A stretch of 64,000 bases of DNA. Origin: a virus. Numbering within the stretch: position 1 is the stretch's first letter; every line of letters begins with the position of its first letter. The position numbers and the translations under genes were made by a program. Positions 16,036 to 25,314 of this stretch are shown in pieces. The notes under the pieces are model-generated. The model saw nothing but the letters and a program-made list of their open reading frames with translations. It was not told the origin of the DNA and did not search any database. The DNA lies in the IMG/VR virus record IMGVR_UViG_3300017783_000006, positions 1 to 64,000 of that record; one strand, written 5' to 3'.

Positions 16036-17001
16036 TTATCGCATACCTAAATAAAATCCAGCACCACAAAATGGGCTTGTACCTTGACCCGTTGGATGAA
16101 GATTTGAAATTGTGGGTGCATGTGTTCCGTTAGTATTATCTTGAGAATAACTGATTAGTCTTGATATTGGAGCATTACCACCAGAATTCATTAAGCTATT
16201 AAAACTAGTAGTTCCTTCACCACTGTAATCTACACCAGTAGGAGATGTTGCAGTAGTCATTGTTGAAGCAAAATAAATTGCTGCCCATGCCCAATCATAT
16301 CCATAAGTATTACCAGGATGGGAAATTACGTTACCAGTTGGACTACTTGCCCCTGCTGTCTGTGATGCAGTCGTACTTGTAATTACCCATTCATGTATTC
16401 CCTTCTGATTACCATCAAACTGAAGTTCAACAAGTACATTCATTAAAGTAAACCCAGTATTTGTTCCATTAAAATGAATGTATAGTGGGTTTGTACTACC
16501 GTTCGCAGGACCGCATAGTGCATAAACATAACAAGAAGGACGTGCGGGACTATAATTACTTGTTGTTGAATTAACTACCGGTGTCCAAGTACTTGCAGTA
16601 GTTCTACTAACGGAAGTAAAATGTGATTGGGTAGTAGGAACATTAGTAGAACAAAAGACAAGTTGTAATTGATTACTAGTTTGGTTGTATAGTCCAGCAC
16701 CTACTCCTGTATTATTACTACTTAGTTCATAATCATAGTTATTAGCATTATACAATCTCCATCCCCAATAACTATTTCCTCTACATGACCCAAGGTCAGA
16801 TGTTCGAGAAGTTGTGTATGCTCCAGTAGAAGGATTCCGAAAACCAGAATGATTTGCAAGTCTCACACCTCTGGCGCTGAAATTCCTACTACTTGTCCCC
16901 GTCCAGTTTTCTAAAGTAGAAACACTAAATGGTGTATAACCAGCAGTAGAAATATCAACCTGACCATATGAGGGACCCTGACTTATAGCATTTACACCCA
17001 T
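16036..17001 (-). CDS. Thr/Ser/Gly-rich putative adhesin or virion protein
   Basis: Beta-rich composition; late promoter at 17027-17033. Confidence 0.5.
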   Translation of the reverse strand: MGVNAISQGPSYGQVDISTAGYTPFSVSTLENWTGTSSRNFSARGVRLANHSGFRNPSTGAYTTSRTSDLGSCRGNSYWGWRLYNANNYDYELSSNNTGVGAGLYNQTSNQLQLVFCSTNVPTTQSHFTSVSRTTASTWTPVVNSTTSNYSPARPSCYVYALCGPANGSTNPLYIHFNGTNTGFTLMNVLVELQFDGNQKGIHEWVITSTTASQTAGASSPTGNVISHPGNTYGYDWAWAAIYFASTMTTATSPTGVDYSGEGTTSFNSLMNSGGNAPISRLISYSQDNTNGTHAPTISNLHPTGQGTSPFCGAGFYLGMR

Positions 17002-17025
17002 ATTTTTTGATACTTAAGTTATAAA

Positions 17026-17187
17026 TTATTTATTGGTACGATTATTTTTTAATTTTTCTACAAGATACTCAGCAAATGCCTCCATCTTTTCAGGATGAAC
17101 AGCACTAATACCCGAATCTTCTACTGCACTTTCAATACTTTTAATTTCGTTTTTATTTAATTTTTGTTGCTTAGAAGGAAGTGTCAT
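17026..17187 (-). CDS. small hypothetical protein (53 aa, MTLPSKQ...HPEKMEAFA; not in ORF track)
   Basis: Intact ORF with promoter-like elements upstream. Confidence 0.65.
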   Translation of the reverse strand: MTLPSKQQKLNKNEIKSIESAVEDSGISAVHPEKMEAFAEYLVEKLKNNRTNK

Positions 17188-17273
17188 AACATCTTTACTG
17201 GTTCTCTAAACAGTCTAGCATAGATTTTGTTGAAACCCTGACTTATTTAGATTATCTTCAGATTTATATAATC

Positions 17274-17495
17274 TTACTCACTAATTGGACCCCAGGTTCC
17301 ACTATCACCTTCTGTTCTAGATTCAAGTTTATCTAGGATAACATCAAATGATTGGATATTCTCAAGTTTTTGAATAATTTCTGCAATGCTAGAACATACA
17401 AGTGGACGTTCTTGTCTAGCAGCAAATGCAAGTGCATTTCTAAGGTGAGATTCTGCTTCTTGGAGTGATGCTTCAACGGATTTGCTAAGTGCCAT
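17274..17495 (-). CDS. cyanophage hypothetical protein
   Basis: MALSKSVEASL.EA..HLRNALAFAARQE motif. Confidence 0.75.
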   Translation of the reverse strand: MALSKSVEASLQEAESHLRNALAFAARQERPLVCSSIAEIIQKLENIQSFDVILDKLESRTEGDSGTWGPISE

Positions 17496-17503
17496 AATAA
17501 AAT

Positions 17504-17926
17504 TTATTTAACTGGATATTTTTGAGTTTCACCAACCCGACGTTTTGTTACTGTTTTGCCATTATCAGGTGATTCATAAACCCACCCTCTTTCATAAGCA
17601 AGTCTTACGGGATCATTTCTATCAATGGTCTCATCCTTTGATGTTGCAGGAGTCCATTCATAACCACCTTGTGCTTTAATTTCATCAGATGTCAAATCAT
17701 CTAAATCCTTTTCAAAGTTTAATCTTCCACCACTTCTAAGATATGCTAGTAGGTCAGCAGCATATCCCATTTTTTGTTCAGACAAATTGCGTTCATCTTT
17801 TACAATATTAAAGATAGTATCAAATACTTCTCTTGCAGTTGCTCCAGATTGCATTGCATCAAAAATACTGTCTTCTAACCTAGAAAGAGAGTAATTTTTG
17901 TATCCTGTACTATTCTTCGTATCCAT
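17504..17926 (-). CDS. hypothetical protein
   Basis: C-terminal VYESPDNGKTV motif; start revised to MDTKNS. Confidence 0.65.
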   Translation of the reverse strand: MDTKNSTGYKNYSLSRLEDSIFDAMQSGATAREVFDTIFNIVKDERNLSEQKMGYAADLLAYLRSGGRLNFEKDLDDLTSDEIKAQGGYEWTPATSKDETIDRNDPVRLAYERGWVYESPDNGKTVTKRRVGETQKYPVK

Positions 17927-18095
17927 TTTCTTTGATGTAGTCATCAAGTGCTTCCTCTATCATAATCTTGATTTCTTCAGATGTCAACTCATTTAACCAA
18001 GTCCAATTAGGATCTTTAGAGTCCCACTTGAGACTAAAAGACCCATCATCATTTCTTTGAATATCCAGAGTATCTAATTGTAACTTATTTTCCAT
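17910..18095 (-). CDS. hypothetical protein
   Basis: NDDGSF.L.WD..DP.W motif. Confidence 0.7.
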   Translation of the reverse strand: MENKLQLDTLDIQRNDDGSFSLKWDSKDPNWTWLNELTSEEIKIMIEEALDDYIKENGYEE

Positions 18096-18097
18096 AA

Positions 18098-18301
18098 TTA
18101 TTCTTTGAATAAAGGACTATTTTCTCTATTAAATTTATCTATTTCATCAACCTTATCTTGAATTTCTTCCATACATGGTTTACAAAATGCCTGAAACTGA
18201 TTTTTATTTATTCTAGTAAAATTCTCCTCAGTTAAATCTTTTACTGTTTGGCACTGGGCACATAATAACTTTATGCACTTACTGCTTTCTTGATTTTCCA
18301 T
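18098..18301 (-). CDS. small zinc-finger-like protein
   Basis: CAQC...CKPC. Confidence 0.6.
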   Translation of the reverse strand: MENQESSKCIKLLCAQCQTVKDLTEENFTRINKNQFQAFCKPCMEEIQDKVDEIDKFNRENSPLFKE

Positions 18302-18326
18302 TTTTATAGAGATATTTCTTTATATA

Positions 18327-18506
18327 TCAACAGTCATCTTTTTTAAATAGTTTACGACATTTTTTTACCTCTTTGAGTTCATCTTTAATCATTTGGTATG
18401 CATCTTCAGCAGTTAATTTCTTTGCCATTTCCATAGCAGTAATAATTTCTACTCTAGTACCAAAGTGTTTGAGTGCTTCTTCAAAACAGTTTAGTTCTTC
18501 ATACAT
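18327..18506 (-). CDS. cyanophage protein (59 aa, MYEELNCFEEALKHFGTRVE; not in ORF track)
   Basis: Intact ORF overlapping the talC stop. Confidence 0.75.
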   Translation of the reverse strand: MYEELNCFEEALKHFGTRVEIITAMEMAKKLTAEDAYQMIKDELKEVKKCRKLFKKDDC

Positions 18507-19155
18507 GATTTACACTATCCCAATCTTTTTGAAATTGCTCTAAACCTTTATCAGTCATCACATTATTATACATTTTCCAAAAAACTTTTGGTGGCATAGT
18601 ACAAATATCAGCACCAACACCAGCACATTCTTCTACCTGATAAACCTCACGAACAGATGCTGCAAGGATATTACACATAGTGAATCTACCATCACCAGTA
18701 AATACATTACGAATCTTTTTAATTAGTTCAATTCCATCTACTGAATTATCAAACCATCTCCCCACAAAAGGAGAGATAAACGATGCTCCTGCATTTTCTG
18801 CAAGAATTGCTTGTGCAACTGAGAATACGAGAGTTACATTTACTTTAAATCCTTCTTCAGCAAGTTTTCTACATGCCTTAAGACCCTCCACAGTGCATGG
18901 AACCTTGATGGTAACATTCCATAGACCTTTGAATGCCTGTGCCTGCTCTACCATCTCCTCTGCGGTATCTGCAACGACCTCAGCAGAGATAGACTCCAGA
19001 GTAGTGAACTCAGCAGAAATTTCTTTAATGACTTCTACTGGGTCACGTCCACTCATTTTAATAAGAGTTGGATTGGTTGTTACACCAGCAAGGAGTTTTG
19101 TTTCATATGCAGACCTAATTTCATCAATTTCGGCAGTATCTAGAAAAATTTTCAT
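18499..19155 (-). CDS. talC: transaldolase TalC (auxiliary metabolic gene)
   Basis: FLDTA, GVTTNPTLI, IKVP (Schiff-base Lys), NVTLVFS, SPFVGR, LAASVR. Confidence 0.97.
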   Translation of the reverse strand: MKIFLDTAEIDEIRSAYETKLLAGVTTNPTLIKMSGRDPVEVIKEISAEFTTLESISAEVVADTAEEMVEQAQAFKGLWNVTIKVPCTVEGLKACRKLAEEGFKVNVTLVFSVAQAILAENAGASFISPFVGRWFDNSVDGIELIKKIRNVFTGDGRFTMCNILAASVREVYQVEECAGVGADICTMPPKVFWKMYNNVMTDKGLEQFQKDWDSVNHV

Positions 19156-19207
19156 AATTAATTGTTTTTGTTGCTCAAATTATATATTACTGGATGGATA
19201 ATGTAAA

Positions 19208-19966
19208 TTATGCATAATTATTTACTATCTTATCATGAACAGCATTTAGTTCATTCATCCGTCCATATTTTTTAACATGTATAACTGCATCTTTACCAGT
19301 AAACTCCTCATATAAGTTTATGAACATTCCAAAGTAATGCCAATGCTGTGGTGGTATGTATTGAGGTGATAAACAAACAAAAATATGATCGTAATTTACT
19401 TTTTGAAGATTATCTTTTATTTCACTCCTTGAATGCATATAGAATTCTTTATCCATACTATCATATATAAACTTAACTTTTTCATGATTTAAGTCAAATT
19501 TAATATTAGGATTATGTATCCAAAGAAAACTTTTTAATTTATTCTGTATTTTTAACCATGATCCCCAATTACCCTCATCTAGATAATTTTGATGCTCCGT
19601 AAAATAATATTCTTTTTCATAACCTTCATATCCATCTTTATGATATCTTCCGTTGATATAATCGTCATGGTGATCAATATGGTATAAATCCATATTTTTA
19701 TATTTTTCTTTTTCTAGTTCATATAAAATAGCATCATGCTCATACCCAAATGATACAGAGTGACAAGTTTTAATTGCCTTTAGGAAGGTATTAAAAACAA
19801 ACATCAAATTTCCTTGATCTATATTATATGTTCTGGTATCTGCCAGATTTCCAGAATCTTCCATTTTTTTCCACCTTCCAGTTGGATTTGGATCATATAA
19901 CATATTGTTATAGAAAGAAATATCTGGATACATTATGTAATCAAGATCGATACTTAATACATTCAT
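19208..19966 (-). CDS. UPF0489-like putative metal-dependent hydrolase
   Basis: LSIDLDY...EHD...IDHHDD...GNW...CLSP.Y.P. Confidence 0.55.
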   Translation of the reverse strand: MNVLSIDLDYIMYPDISFYNNMLYDPNPTGRWKKMEDSGNLADTRTYNIDQGNLMFVFNTFLKAIKTCHSVSFGYEHDAILYELEKEKYKNMDLYHIDHHDDYINGRYHKDGYEGYEKEYYFTEHQNYLDEGNWGSWLKIQNKLKSFLWIHNPNIKFDLNHEKVKFIYDSMDKEFYMHSRSEIKDNLQKVNYDHIFVCLSPQYIPPQHWHYFGMFINLYEEFTGKDAVIHVKKYGRMNELNAVHDKIVNNYA

Positions 19967-19981
19967 AATTAATTGCTTTTT

Positions 19982-20149
19982 TTAATATTTAACATCATAA
20001 TCAATAATAAATTTGTCTTTCAAGTGCCAATGAATGTCGTCATGCACTTGTTGCATTGCATTGTGTTTGATTGCCCAGTAATCATCATCATCATTGATGA
20101 GGACAGTGACTTGGGTTTTCACATCAACTCTAATTGCTTTCATTGTCAT
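19982..20149 (-). CDS. small hypothetical protein (55 aa, MTMKAIRVDV...; not in ORF track)
   Basis: ATGA overlap with the upstream stop. Confidence 0.65.
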   Translation of the reverse strand: MTMKAIRVDVKTQVTVLINDDDDYWAIKHNAMQQVHDDIHWHLKDKFIIDYDVKY

Positions 20150-20673
20150 ACCCAATTTGGTTTTCTGGATTGGTCACGAAGATAATTAGATGCAACCCAA
20201 GGTTTGCTGCTAATGTACATTTTGTAAGCAGTAAAAGTGTCGATGCTTGTGTCATGTTTAAACTCATCTGGCATCGCACGGGTAAAGTTTTCAGCAAGGG
20301 TATGGCAACTTATTGCTTTATCAGCATGTTTATGAAAAATTTTCTTTGCTTCAAACAGAGTTTTAGAACAAGAATGAATCTTACCATATCTATGATGATA
20401 CTCGGAAGAAAGAGCACATCCATGTTGAATCAACCATGCAAGATTGTAATGGTTTTTTGCTGCCCAAACAGTACATGGATGATTGCGGAAAGCACCTTTT
20501 TTAGTGCTATATGGGTCACCATCTTTCTTGTGAATTTCACCCCAATTTAGATACCACTTAGAGTAAATGATAGAAATCATTTGACAGCACTCTAAGGGCA
20601 TTTTCACAATATGTTTATCAGGAAGAACTCTTGCAGATTGCATAGGGTTATCTGAAGTAACAAAAATGTTCAT
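20146..20673 (-). CDS. pyrimidine-dimer DNA glycosylase (DenV-like)
   Basis: MNIF...A..LPDKHIVKMPLE..Q...NHPCT.W...EY..RYGK.H. Confidence 0.8.
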   Translation of the reverse strand: MNIFVTSDNPMQSARVLPDKHIVKMPLECCQMISIIYSKWYLNWGEIHKKDGDPYSTKKGAFRNHPCTVWAAKNHYNLAWLIQHGCALSSEYHHRYGKIHSCSKTLFEAKKIFHKHADKAISCHTLAENFTRAMPDEFKHDTSIDTFTAYKMYISSKPWVASNYLRDQSRKPNWV

Positions 20674-20888
20674 AATGTAAGTTGAATGATTTTAGATAAA
20701 TCGATACATGCGAAAAATGTTTGTATTCCTACAACATCCCACACTTTGATTTTAATAGCAAAGGGAAGCATTAACACTCCCCCAACAAGTCTAAAGCAAC
20801 ATCCTAGTAATACGTCAACATATAACAAAATGAAATATCCTGTTAATAGAAGAGCACTACCAGTAATTCTAAGTTTTGCTGGTGTCAT
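20670..20888 (-). CDS. small membrane protein
   Basis: Several hydrophobic helices. Confidence 0.7.
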   Translation of the reverse strand: MTPAKLRITGSALLLTGYFILLYVDVLLGCCFRLVGGVLMLPFAIKIKVWDVVGIQTFFACIDLSKIIQLTL

Positions 20889-21225
20889 CCTTTAAATGAT
20901 GAGGTTCGTGTGGTCTATCCATGGGTTGAGACTTGGTGTCATCATTCCTAGATAGATTTTTGATTACGATGAAGGCATCCTTATTATATTTGCGAGTACC
21001 GTAAGGGGTTGCCCACTTTTTATTATACTCTTCACCTTGGTGGATACCAGAGACTACTGTGCCACCAATTTCAACTACAACATCATCATAGCAATCCCAC
21101 CCCAGTGTAGCAATTACTTCACGAAGTTTTTCATTTACACCTTGATTGCAAAGTGCAGTTGCTTTGCGTGTAGAGAAAATACTCTCATCTAGAACTCTTT
21201 CTTCTGGGTCAAGTTTACCTGTCAT
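20869..21225 (-). CDS. cyanophage hypothetical protein
   Basis: EIGGT.VSGI...KW..PYGTRKYNKDAFIVIKN. Confidence 0.75.
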   Translation of the reverse strand: MTGKLDPEERVLDESIFSTRKATALCNQGVNEKLREVIATLGWDCYDDVVVEIGGTVVSGIHQGEEYNKKWATPYGTRKYNKDAFIVIKNLSRNDDTKSQPMDRPHEPHHLKDDTSKT

Positions 21226-21377
21226 TTACCAACTCCATAATCTGGTGCTTTAAGTTCTAGTTCTGCAATAGTTTTATGCAGTTTTCTAATTGCTTCTTTT
21301 GCTTCTGGAGTTTCATCCCACTCCCAGATTTCTTCACGACCTTTACTATCAGTTTTTTTAGATTGTTTTTTGGTCAT
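21222..21377 (-). CDS. hypothetical protein (start MTKKQS)
   Basis: Start revised to the ATGA overlap. Confidence 0.65.
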   Translation of the reverse strand: MTKKQSKKTDSKGREEIWEWDETPEAKEAIRKLHKTIAELELKAPDYGVGK

Positions 21378-21643
21378 AATTTTCCTGATACTACTCCAGA
21401 GTTTACCACACGGGTATATAGATGTAAAGTGCCATCTTGTTCGCACTTAAGATGCCAACGTGTCATTGTAATGACATTATCTTTATGCATACCAGTTAAC
21501 ATCTTTCTTCCCTGTTTTGTCATTGTAGAGAACAAACCAAAACGAGTCTCCCAGACATAAAATACATCATCAATAAGTTCAGCATTATCAGGTAATCCCT
21601 GTTCTTTACATACGGAAAGTTGATCTTTTTCTTGTTCGGTCAT
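21374..21643 (-). CDS. hypothetical protein
   Basis: IDD.FYVW.TRFGL..TRWHLK..VSGKL. Confidence 0.7.
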   Translation of the reverse strand: MTEQEKDQLSVCKEQGLPDNAELIDDVFYVWETRFGLFSTMTKQGRKMLTGMHKDNVITMTRWHLKCEQDGTLHLYTRVVNSGVVSGKL

Positions 21644-21649
21644 AGTTCT

Positions 21650-21880
21650 TTAGTTAAATTTAGTACACCAATAACCCCCACGGGGTTTGTCAGCACAAAT
21701 ATAGATATTTGATGCTTTATCATTCCAATGCCTTATGACATTTGCCACAATGGCAACATTAGTAACCATGTAAGCAACAACAACAAGGGTGCGTATGCCA
21801 GCAATAATATCTGCTTCTCTGTTATCTCGTCCATCTTTCCGTCCTAATGCTTTTGCCCAAATTCTCCAATAACTTTTCAT
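21650..21880 (-). CDS. small membrane protein
   Basis: WRIWAKALG.K..AD.IA.IRT plus a TM helix. Confidence 0.75.
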   Translation of the reverse strand: MKSYWRIWAKALGRKDGRDNREADIIAGIRTLVVVAYMVTNVAIVANVIRHWNDKASNIYICADKPRGGYWCTKFN

Positions 21881-22305
21881 TTCCTCTTCACCATTTTATA
21901 TTCAGACTTTTTTAACCCCAATCTCTCGATATACTTTAAGGCATAACACTCATCGGTAAAGGAGCAAACTTTTAAATCAGCAAAGTCTTTTCCTTCCATA
22001 TGAAACAACCTTACTGGAAACATTTCGTATGGAAACATTTTTAATTTCTCCTTCGGAATTTTTAACTGATTTGCCCTAGTTGGTTTTCTTACCCTTGTTG
22101 ATTTTTTCTTTCTAGTAGTTGTCGGTTTAGCAGAAGTTTTTTTAGGTTCTGCTGCTTTTCTAGTACTACTTGTTGTTTTCTTAGCAGTTGAAGATTTGTT
22201 AGTGGTGGGAGTTGGTTTAGCACTAGTAGTTTTCTTTGGAGTTGCTGGTTTCTTAGCAACAGGTTTCTTTGGAGTAGTTTTTGGTTTCTTCTTTGGTTCA
22301 GTCAT
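21877..22305 (-). CDS. protein with Lys/Thr/Pro-rich, histone-H1-like N-terminus
   Basis: About 75 aa of K/T/P/A/S low complexity, then a compact domain. Confidence 0.65.
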   Translation of the reverse strand: MTEPKKKPKTTPKKPVAKKPATPKKTTSAKPTPTTNKSSTAKKTTSSTRKAAEPKKTSAKPTTTRKKKSTRVRKPTRANQLKIPKEKLKMFPYEMFPVRLFHMEGKDFADLKVCSFTDECYALKYIERLGLKKSEYKMVKRK

Positions 22306-22610
22306 TCTTCATCCACCAAATTTTTTACTTTATCAAACACTTCATCTATTGAATAAGTTTTTACTTTACCAGTATCAATATCATCTACCATTTGCATTAG
22401 ATGTTCGAGAAATGCTTTAGGATAAACATCGTCCTCACCAAGAGTTTGCCAAAACCATTCTCTACATTCTGTATATGGGTCATCATAATCAAGCACAGTA
22501 TATCCATCATAGTTTGATGTCATAAGATCTACCCAGATGTTGAAGGCATGTCTAATATTTCTCCATCCAGTCACCCAACAATGACCTATCCAATACTCAT
22601 ACCAGTTCAT
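22302..22610 (-). CDS. hypothetical protein
   Basis: First gene after the dyad promoter. Confidence 0.7.
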   Translation of the reverse strand: MNWYEYWIGHCWVTGWRNIRHAFNIWVDLMTSNYDGYTVLDYDDPYTECREWFWQTLGEDDVYPKAFLEHLMQMVDDIDTGKVKTYSIDEVFDKVKNLVDEE

Positions 22611-22640
22611 AAGTAGCGGTCAGTTTGTTTTCCTATAGTC

Positions 22641-22697
22641 ATTATACAACAAAAATCCACTCTCATGGTGGAGAAGTGGACAGTTTACTGGGTGGTC
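22641..22697 (-). promoter_or_regulatory. early-type promoter with dyad (GGACAG-N8-GTGGTC on +)
   Basis: TATAAT; dyad 37 bp upstream. Confidence 0.6.
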
Positions 22698-22743
22698 TAA
22701 ATGGACAGTCACGACATCCAGCACCGCAACATCCTCTACTCAT
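22663..22743 (-). CDS. 26-aa Cys-rich microprotein MSRGCCGAGCRDCPFRPPSKLSTSPP
   Basis: ATGA-coupled to the upstream ORF; CCGxGCxxCP motif, DUF5522-like. Confidence 0.6.
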   Translation of the reverse strand: MSRGCCGAGCRDCPFRPPSKLSTSPP

Positions 22744-22955
22744 ACAAATGTCTCCTTTACTAGGGAAAAGCATACTGAATTAAATTTACCACATATACCT
22801 TTTAAAGATACTTTTGTGTGCTGAGAATGTACTTCTATTTTTTCAATAATATATTCTTTATCTACTATGCAGGGTGGAAAATCATTATTACCCCACCGTT
22901 TTTGCTCCATGGAGCAACCAAGATATCTTACAGTATCACCTACCTCAAATTTCAC
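22740..22955 (-). CDS. hypothetical protein
   Basis: ORF coupled to both neighbours. Confidence 0.7.
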   Translation of the reverse strand: MKFEVGDTVRYLGCSMEQKRWGNNDFPPCIVDKEYIIEKIEVHSQHTKVSLKGICGKFNSVCFSLVKETFV

Positions 22956-23152
22956 GACTCTTTGGTGACTTCAACTTTCCTTTCTTCAGTAAATAGATGT
23001 TTGATATCATCAAAATGAGGAAGATCTTCACGTACAAACAAATCCATAGCACCAAGAATTGCTTTTACGTCATCAATAGTCTCAATTTTGCTCGCATCAA
23101 GACCCCAAAAAGTTTGTACTTCAGTTTCGTTTGTCATGGATTTTAATTTCAT
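22952..23152 (-). CDS. hypothetical protein
   Basis: TTGACA-N17-TAAAAT promoter at 23161-23189. Confidence 0.65.
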   Translation of the reverse strand: MKLKSMTNETEVQTFWGLDASKIETIDDVKAILGAMDLFVREDLPHFDDIKHLFTEERKVEVTKES

Positions 23153-23203
23153 CTTTAGTTATTTTAAGTAATTTATAATTCTTTGTCAAGTCGGTTTTCC
23201 ACA

Positions 23204-23437
23204 CTAAAACATTCCAGATTCATTCATATAATGAAGTGTATCATGCATGTTACCAAGATGTTTGGCACCAATAGCAACCTGAGGATATGTTGCCTCAGGT
23301 CCAAACTCTGCTTCAAATGCCCTTTGAGTAAAGTGTTCGTTGAGATTATACTCATGAAACTCTCCACCCATTGACTTAAGTAGTGCTGCGATACGATCAC
23401 ACTCTTGACTACCGTTAGAATAGATTACTGCTTGCAT
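23204..23437 (-). CDS. glutaredoxin-like protein (single Cys, SQEC)
   Basis: VIYS..SQEC...TYPQV.IG..HLG glutaredoxin pattern. Confidence 0.75.
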   Translation of the reverse strand: MQAVIYSNGSQECDRIAALLKSMGGEFHEYNLNEHFTQRAFEAEFGPEATYPQVAIGAKHLGNMHDTLHYMNESGMF

Positions 23438-23628
23438 GTGTCTTCTTTGTAGGTAATGGTTATTTGTTTGTATACTTCATCTCGATTATCACTATTATAT
23501 ACGTTACAACGTTCGATCTTAGCATCTAAGATCTTCACTACATTATCTATCTGTAAATTAACTACGAACTCTTTGAATACAGGAGTGAGTCCTATCTTAT
23601 TAGATCCTGGTGTGTTAAAATCATCCAT
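23425..23628 (-). CDS. hypothetical protein
   Basis: ORF in tight packing. Confidence 0.65.
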   Translation of the reverse strand: MDDFNTPGSNKIGLTPVFKEFVVNLQIDNVVKILDAKIERCNVYNSDNRDEVYKQITITYKEDTCKQ

Positions 23629-23903
23629 TATTCAATACCTTTAGGAAATTCTTCAATCTCAGTCAATTCATAGTCCCAGTCTTCCATGACTGTATTGGCA
23701 TAGAAACGATCAGAAAGCATTTCGATTTCTTTCTCTGCATACTCTCTAGTCTCTGCTTCCAACCAAATATCAATCACCTTACCAAGTCTAAGTTTCTTGA
23801 TATCCAACTCAGACAATCGTCTACTACCATCTCTCACAGCATTACCAGGAGAGTCATCAACTTGTGATCGTAGTCGGATGAATACTAATGCTTTAAACTT
23901 CAT
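23628..23903 (-). CDS. purS: FGAM synthase subunit PurS
   Basis: V.IRLR..V.D.PG.AV...RLGK...ANTVMED.DY. Confidence 0.9.
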   Translation of the reverse strand: MKFKALVFIRLRSQVDDSPGNAVRDGSRRLSELDIKKLRLGKVIDIWLEAETREYAEKEIEMLSDRFYANTVMEDWDYELTEIEEFPKGIE

Positions 23904-24199
23904 AATGTTCTCTCAAGTCTATTTGTTGCTTGGTCTGGAAAATCTCTTGGTCTACTATCAGTAGCATTATCAGTTTTAGGTGAACCTTCATTCGCCTTCA
24001 TAGTATGCTGATAATTAGGTCTTGGATATCTAATACAGAATGGATCAGGCATCCAGTATGTTACCTGCCATTCTTGTTCAGGATTTAACTCTAGATGCTT
24101 CTCTACACTATGAGAGAAAATACCAATTTGAATGTATCCATCGTGACTAAGACATCTACCATTACCAATGTCAACTAGGAATAGCATCTTACTACTCAT
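23900..24199 (-). CDS. hypothetical protein (start MSSKMLF)
   Basis: Start revised to the ATGA overlap. Confidence 0.65.
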   Translation of the reverse strand: MSSKMLFLVDIGNGRCLSHDGYIQIGIFSHSVEKHLELNPEQEWQVTYWMPDPFCIRYPRPNYQHTMKANEGSPKTDNATDSRPRDFPDQATNRLERTL

Positions 24200-24327
24200 A
24201 GCACTTCTTGCTCTGGGTTGAGATTTTTCACGAATTGCACAGGATCCTTTTCTGACTTGTGTACCCAATGATAACGCATCATCTCGAAAATAGGATCCCA
24301 TGTGGGGATACAGACATAATCAGTCAC
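24196..24327 (-). CDS. small hypothetical protein (GTG start, MTDYVCIPTWDP)
   Basis: Start revised to overlap the upstream stop. Confidence 0.55.
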   Translation of the reverse strand: MTDYVCIPTWDPIFEMMRYHWVHKSEKDPVQFVKNLNPEQEVL

Positions 24328-24634
24328 GTTGCCTCCAATCTTCAGGTTTGTCCTGATGGAACCAATTCTTAATGTCGTCGGCACCATTAAACCCCGTTCT
24401 ATGATTAGATGGGTCGGGGTCTCCTAGTCCCATCTTATTCATAAAATCGTCAATACTGCCCTCCTGGATGTCCTGTGCTGCCTGACGACGTGCTTTGTTT
24501 AACCAGTCTCTGGCAGTTGTATGGGACTTGGCAAGTTTCTCAACCCATATCATATCGTCTAATTGCACTTCCTCCTTATTTGCAATCTTCTTACAGATAA
24601 ATTCCAGTCGTAGTCTGTATTTGGTAGAAAGCAT
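24320..24634 (-). CDS. cyanophage hypothetical protein
   Basis: MLST.YRLRLE.IC..I...GLGDPDPSNH...DWRQRD. Confidence 0.8.
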   Translation of the reverse strand: MLSTKYRLRLEFICKKIANKEEVQLDDMIWVEKLAKSHTTARDWLNKARRQAAQDIQEGSIDDFMNKMGLGDPDPSNHRTGFNGADDIKNWFHQDKPEDWRQRD

Positions 24635-24639
24635 ACGGT

Positions 24640-24840
24640 TTAGTCTCTAAAATCTAGTTTAAGTTCTAGGTCTTCTAATCTATGATATTCAGCATGTGCT
24701 TTCTCTTGACGATCACACACAATACTAAGAATATCATTCATTATTGTATCATTATCAATATAATCATCCAGATACTTGTCAATTGCTTCTTTTAAGTATC
24801 TGTATCTATGCCATTCTTGTGAATAGGGTTTATAGTTCAT
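24640..24840 (-). CDS. hypothetical protein
   Basis: YKPYS.EWHR.RYLKEA. Confidence 0.7.
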   Translation of the reverse strand: MNYKPYSQEWHRYRYLKEAIDKYLDDYIDNDTIMNDILSIVCDRQEKAHAEYHRLEDLELKLDFRD

Positions 24841-24859
24841 AATAAAGATGAATCTTTTT

Positions 24860-25108
24860 TTATTTAGTTTTATTATTTAAAGCTTTTCTTATTCTTTTTG
24901 CTGTTTCCATAGACCTTCTCCAAATAAAATATTTTACTATTGGATTTGAAGGGTCATTTAGTAACCACCATTTCCACTTGTTAAATTTAGTTTCGGATAA
25001 TTTTGAAACATATCCGATTGCTTTCATTACGTTCGGATCCATGATTGAAACATACAACACGAATCCAATTATAATTAACCAAAAATACTGAGAACTCATT
25101 AGTTCCAC
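24860..25108 (-). CDS. membrane-anchored hypothetical protein
   Basis: N-terminal TM segment. Confidence 0.65.
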   Translation of the reverse strand: MELMSSQYFWLIIIGFVLYVSIMDPNVMKAIGYVSKLSETKFNKWKWWLLNDPSNPIVKYFIWRRSMETAKRIRKALNNKTK

Positions 25109-25296
25109 CTTAGAGTTTGCAAATAATTAAGAACATCTTTCCTAACATCCATCAACTCATTATAGCACTCCTGATTGTGAGCACATTGCCTCAATTTTGG
25201 GTCTGGTTTAATTACAGATTCGATAAAAATATCGAGTCCACGATTCCATTTATCTTGTTTAGATTCGGGATCATCAATATTATTTTGATCGTGCAT
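25099..25296 (-). CDS. hypothetical protein
   Basis: KWNRGLD.FIESV.KPD..LRQCAHNQ.CYNELM. Confidence 0.75.
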   Translation of the reverse strand: MHDQNNIDDPESKQDKWNRGLDIFIESVIKPDPKLRQCAHNQECYNELMDVRKDVLNYLQTLRWN

Positions 25297-25314
25297 AGTA
25301 CTTCTCAGTAGGTT

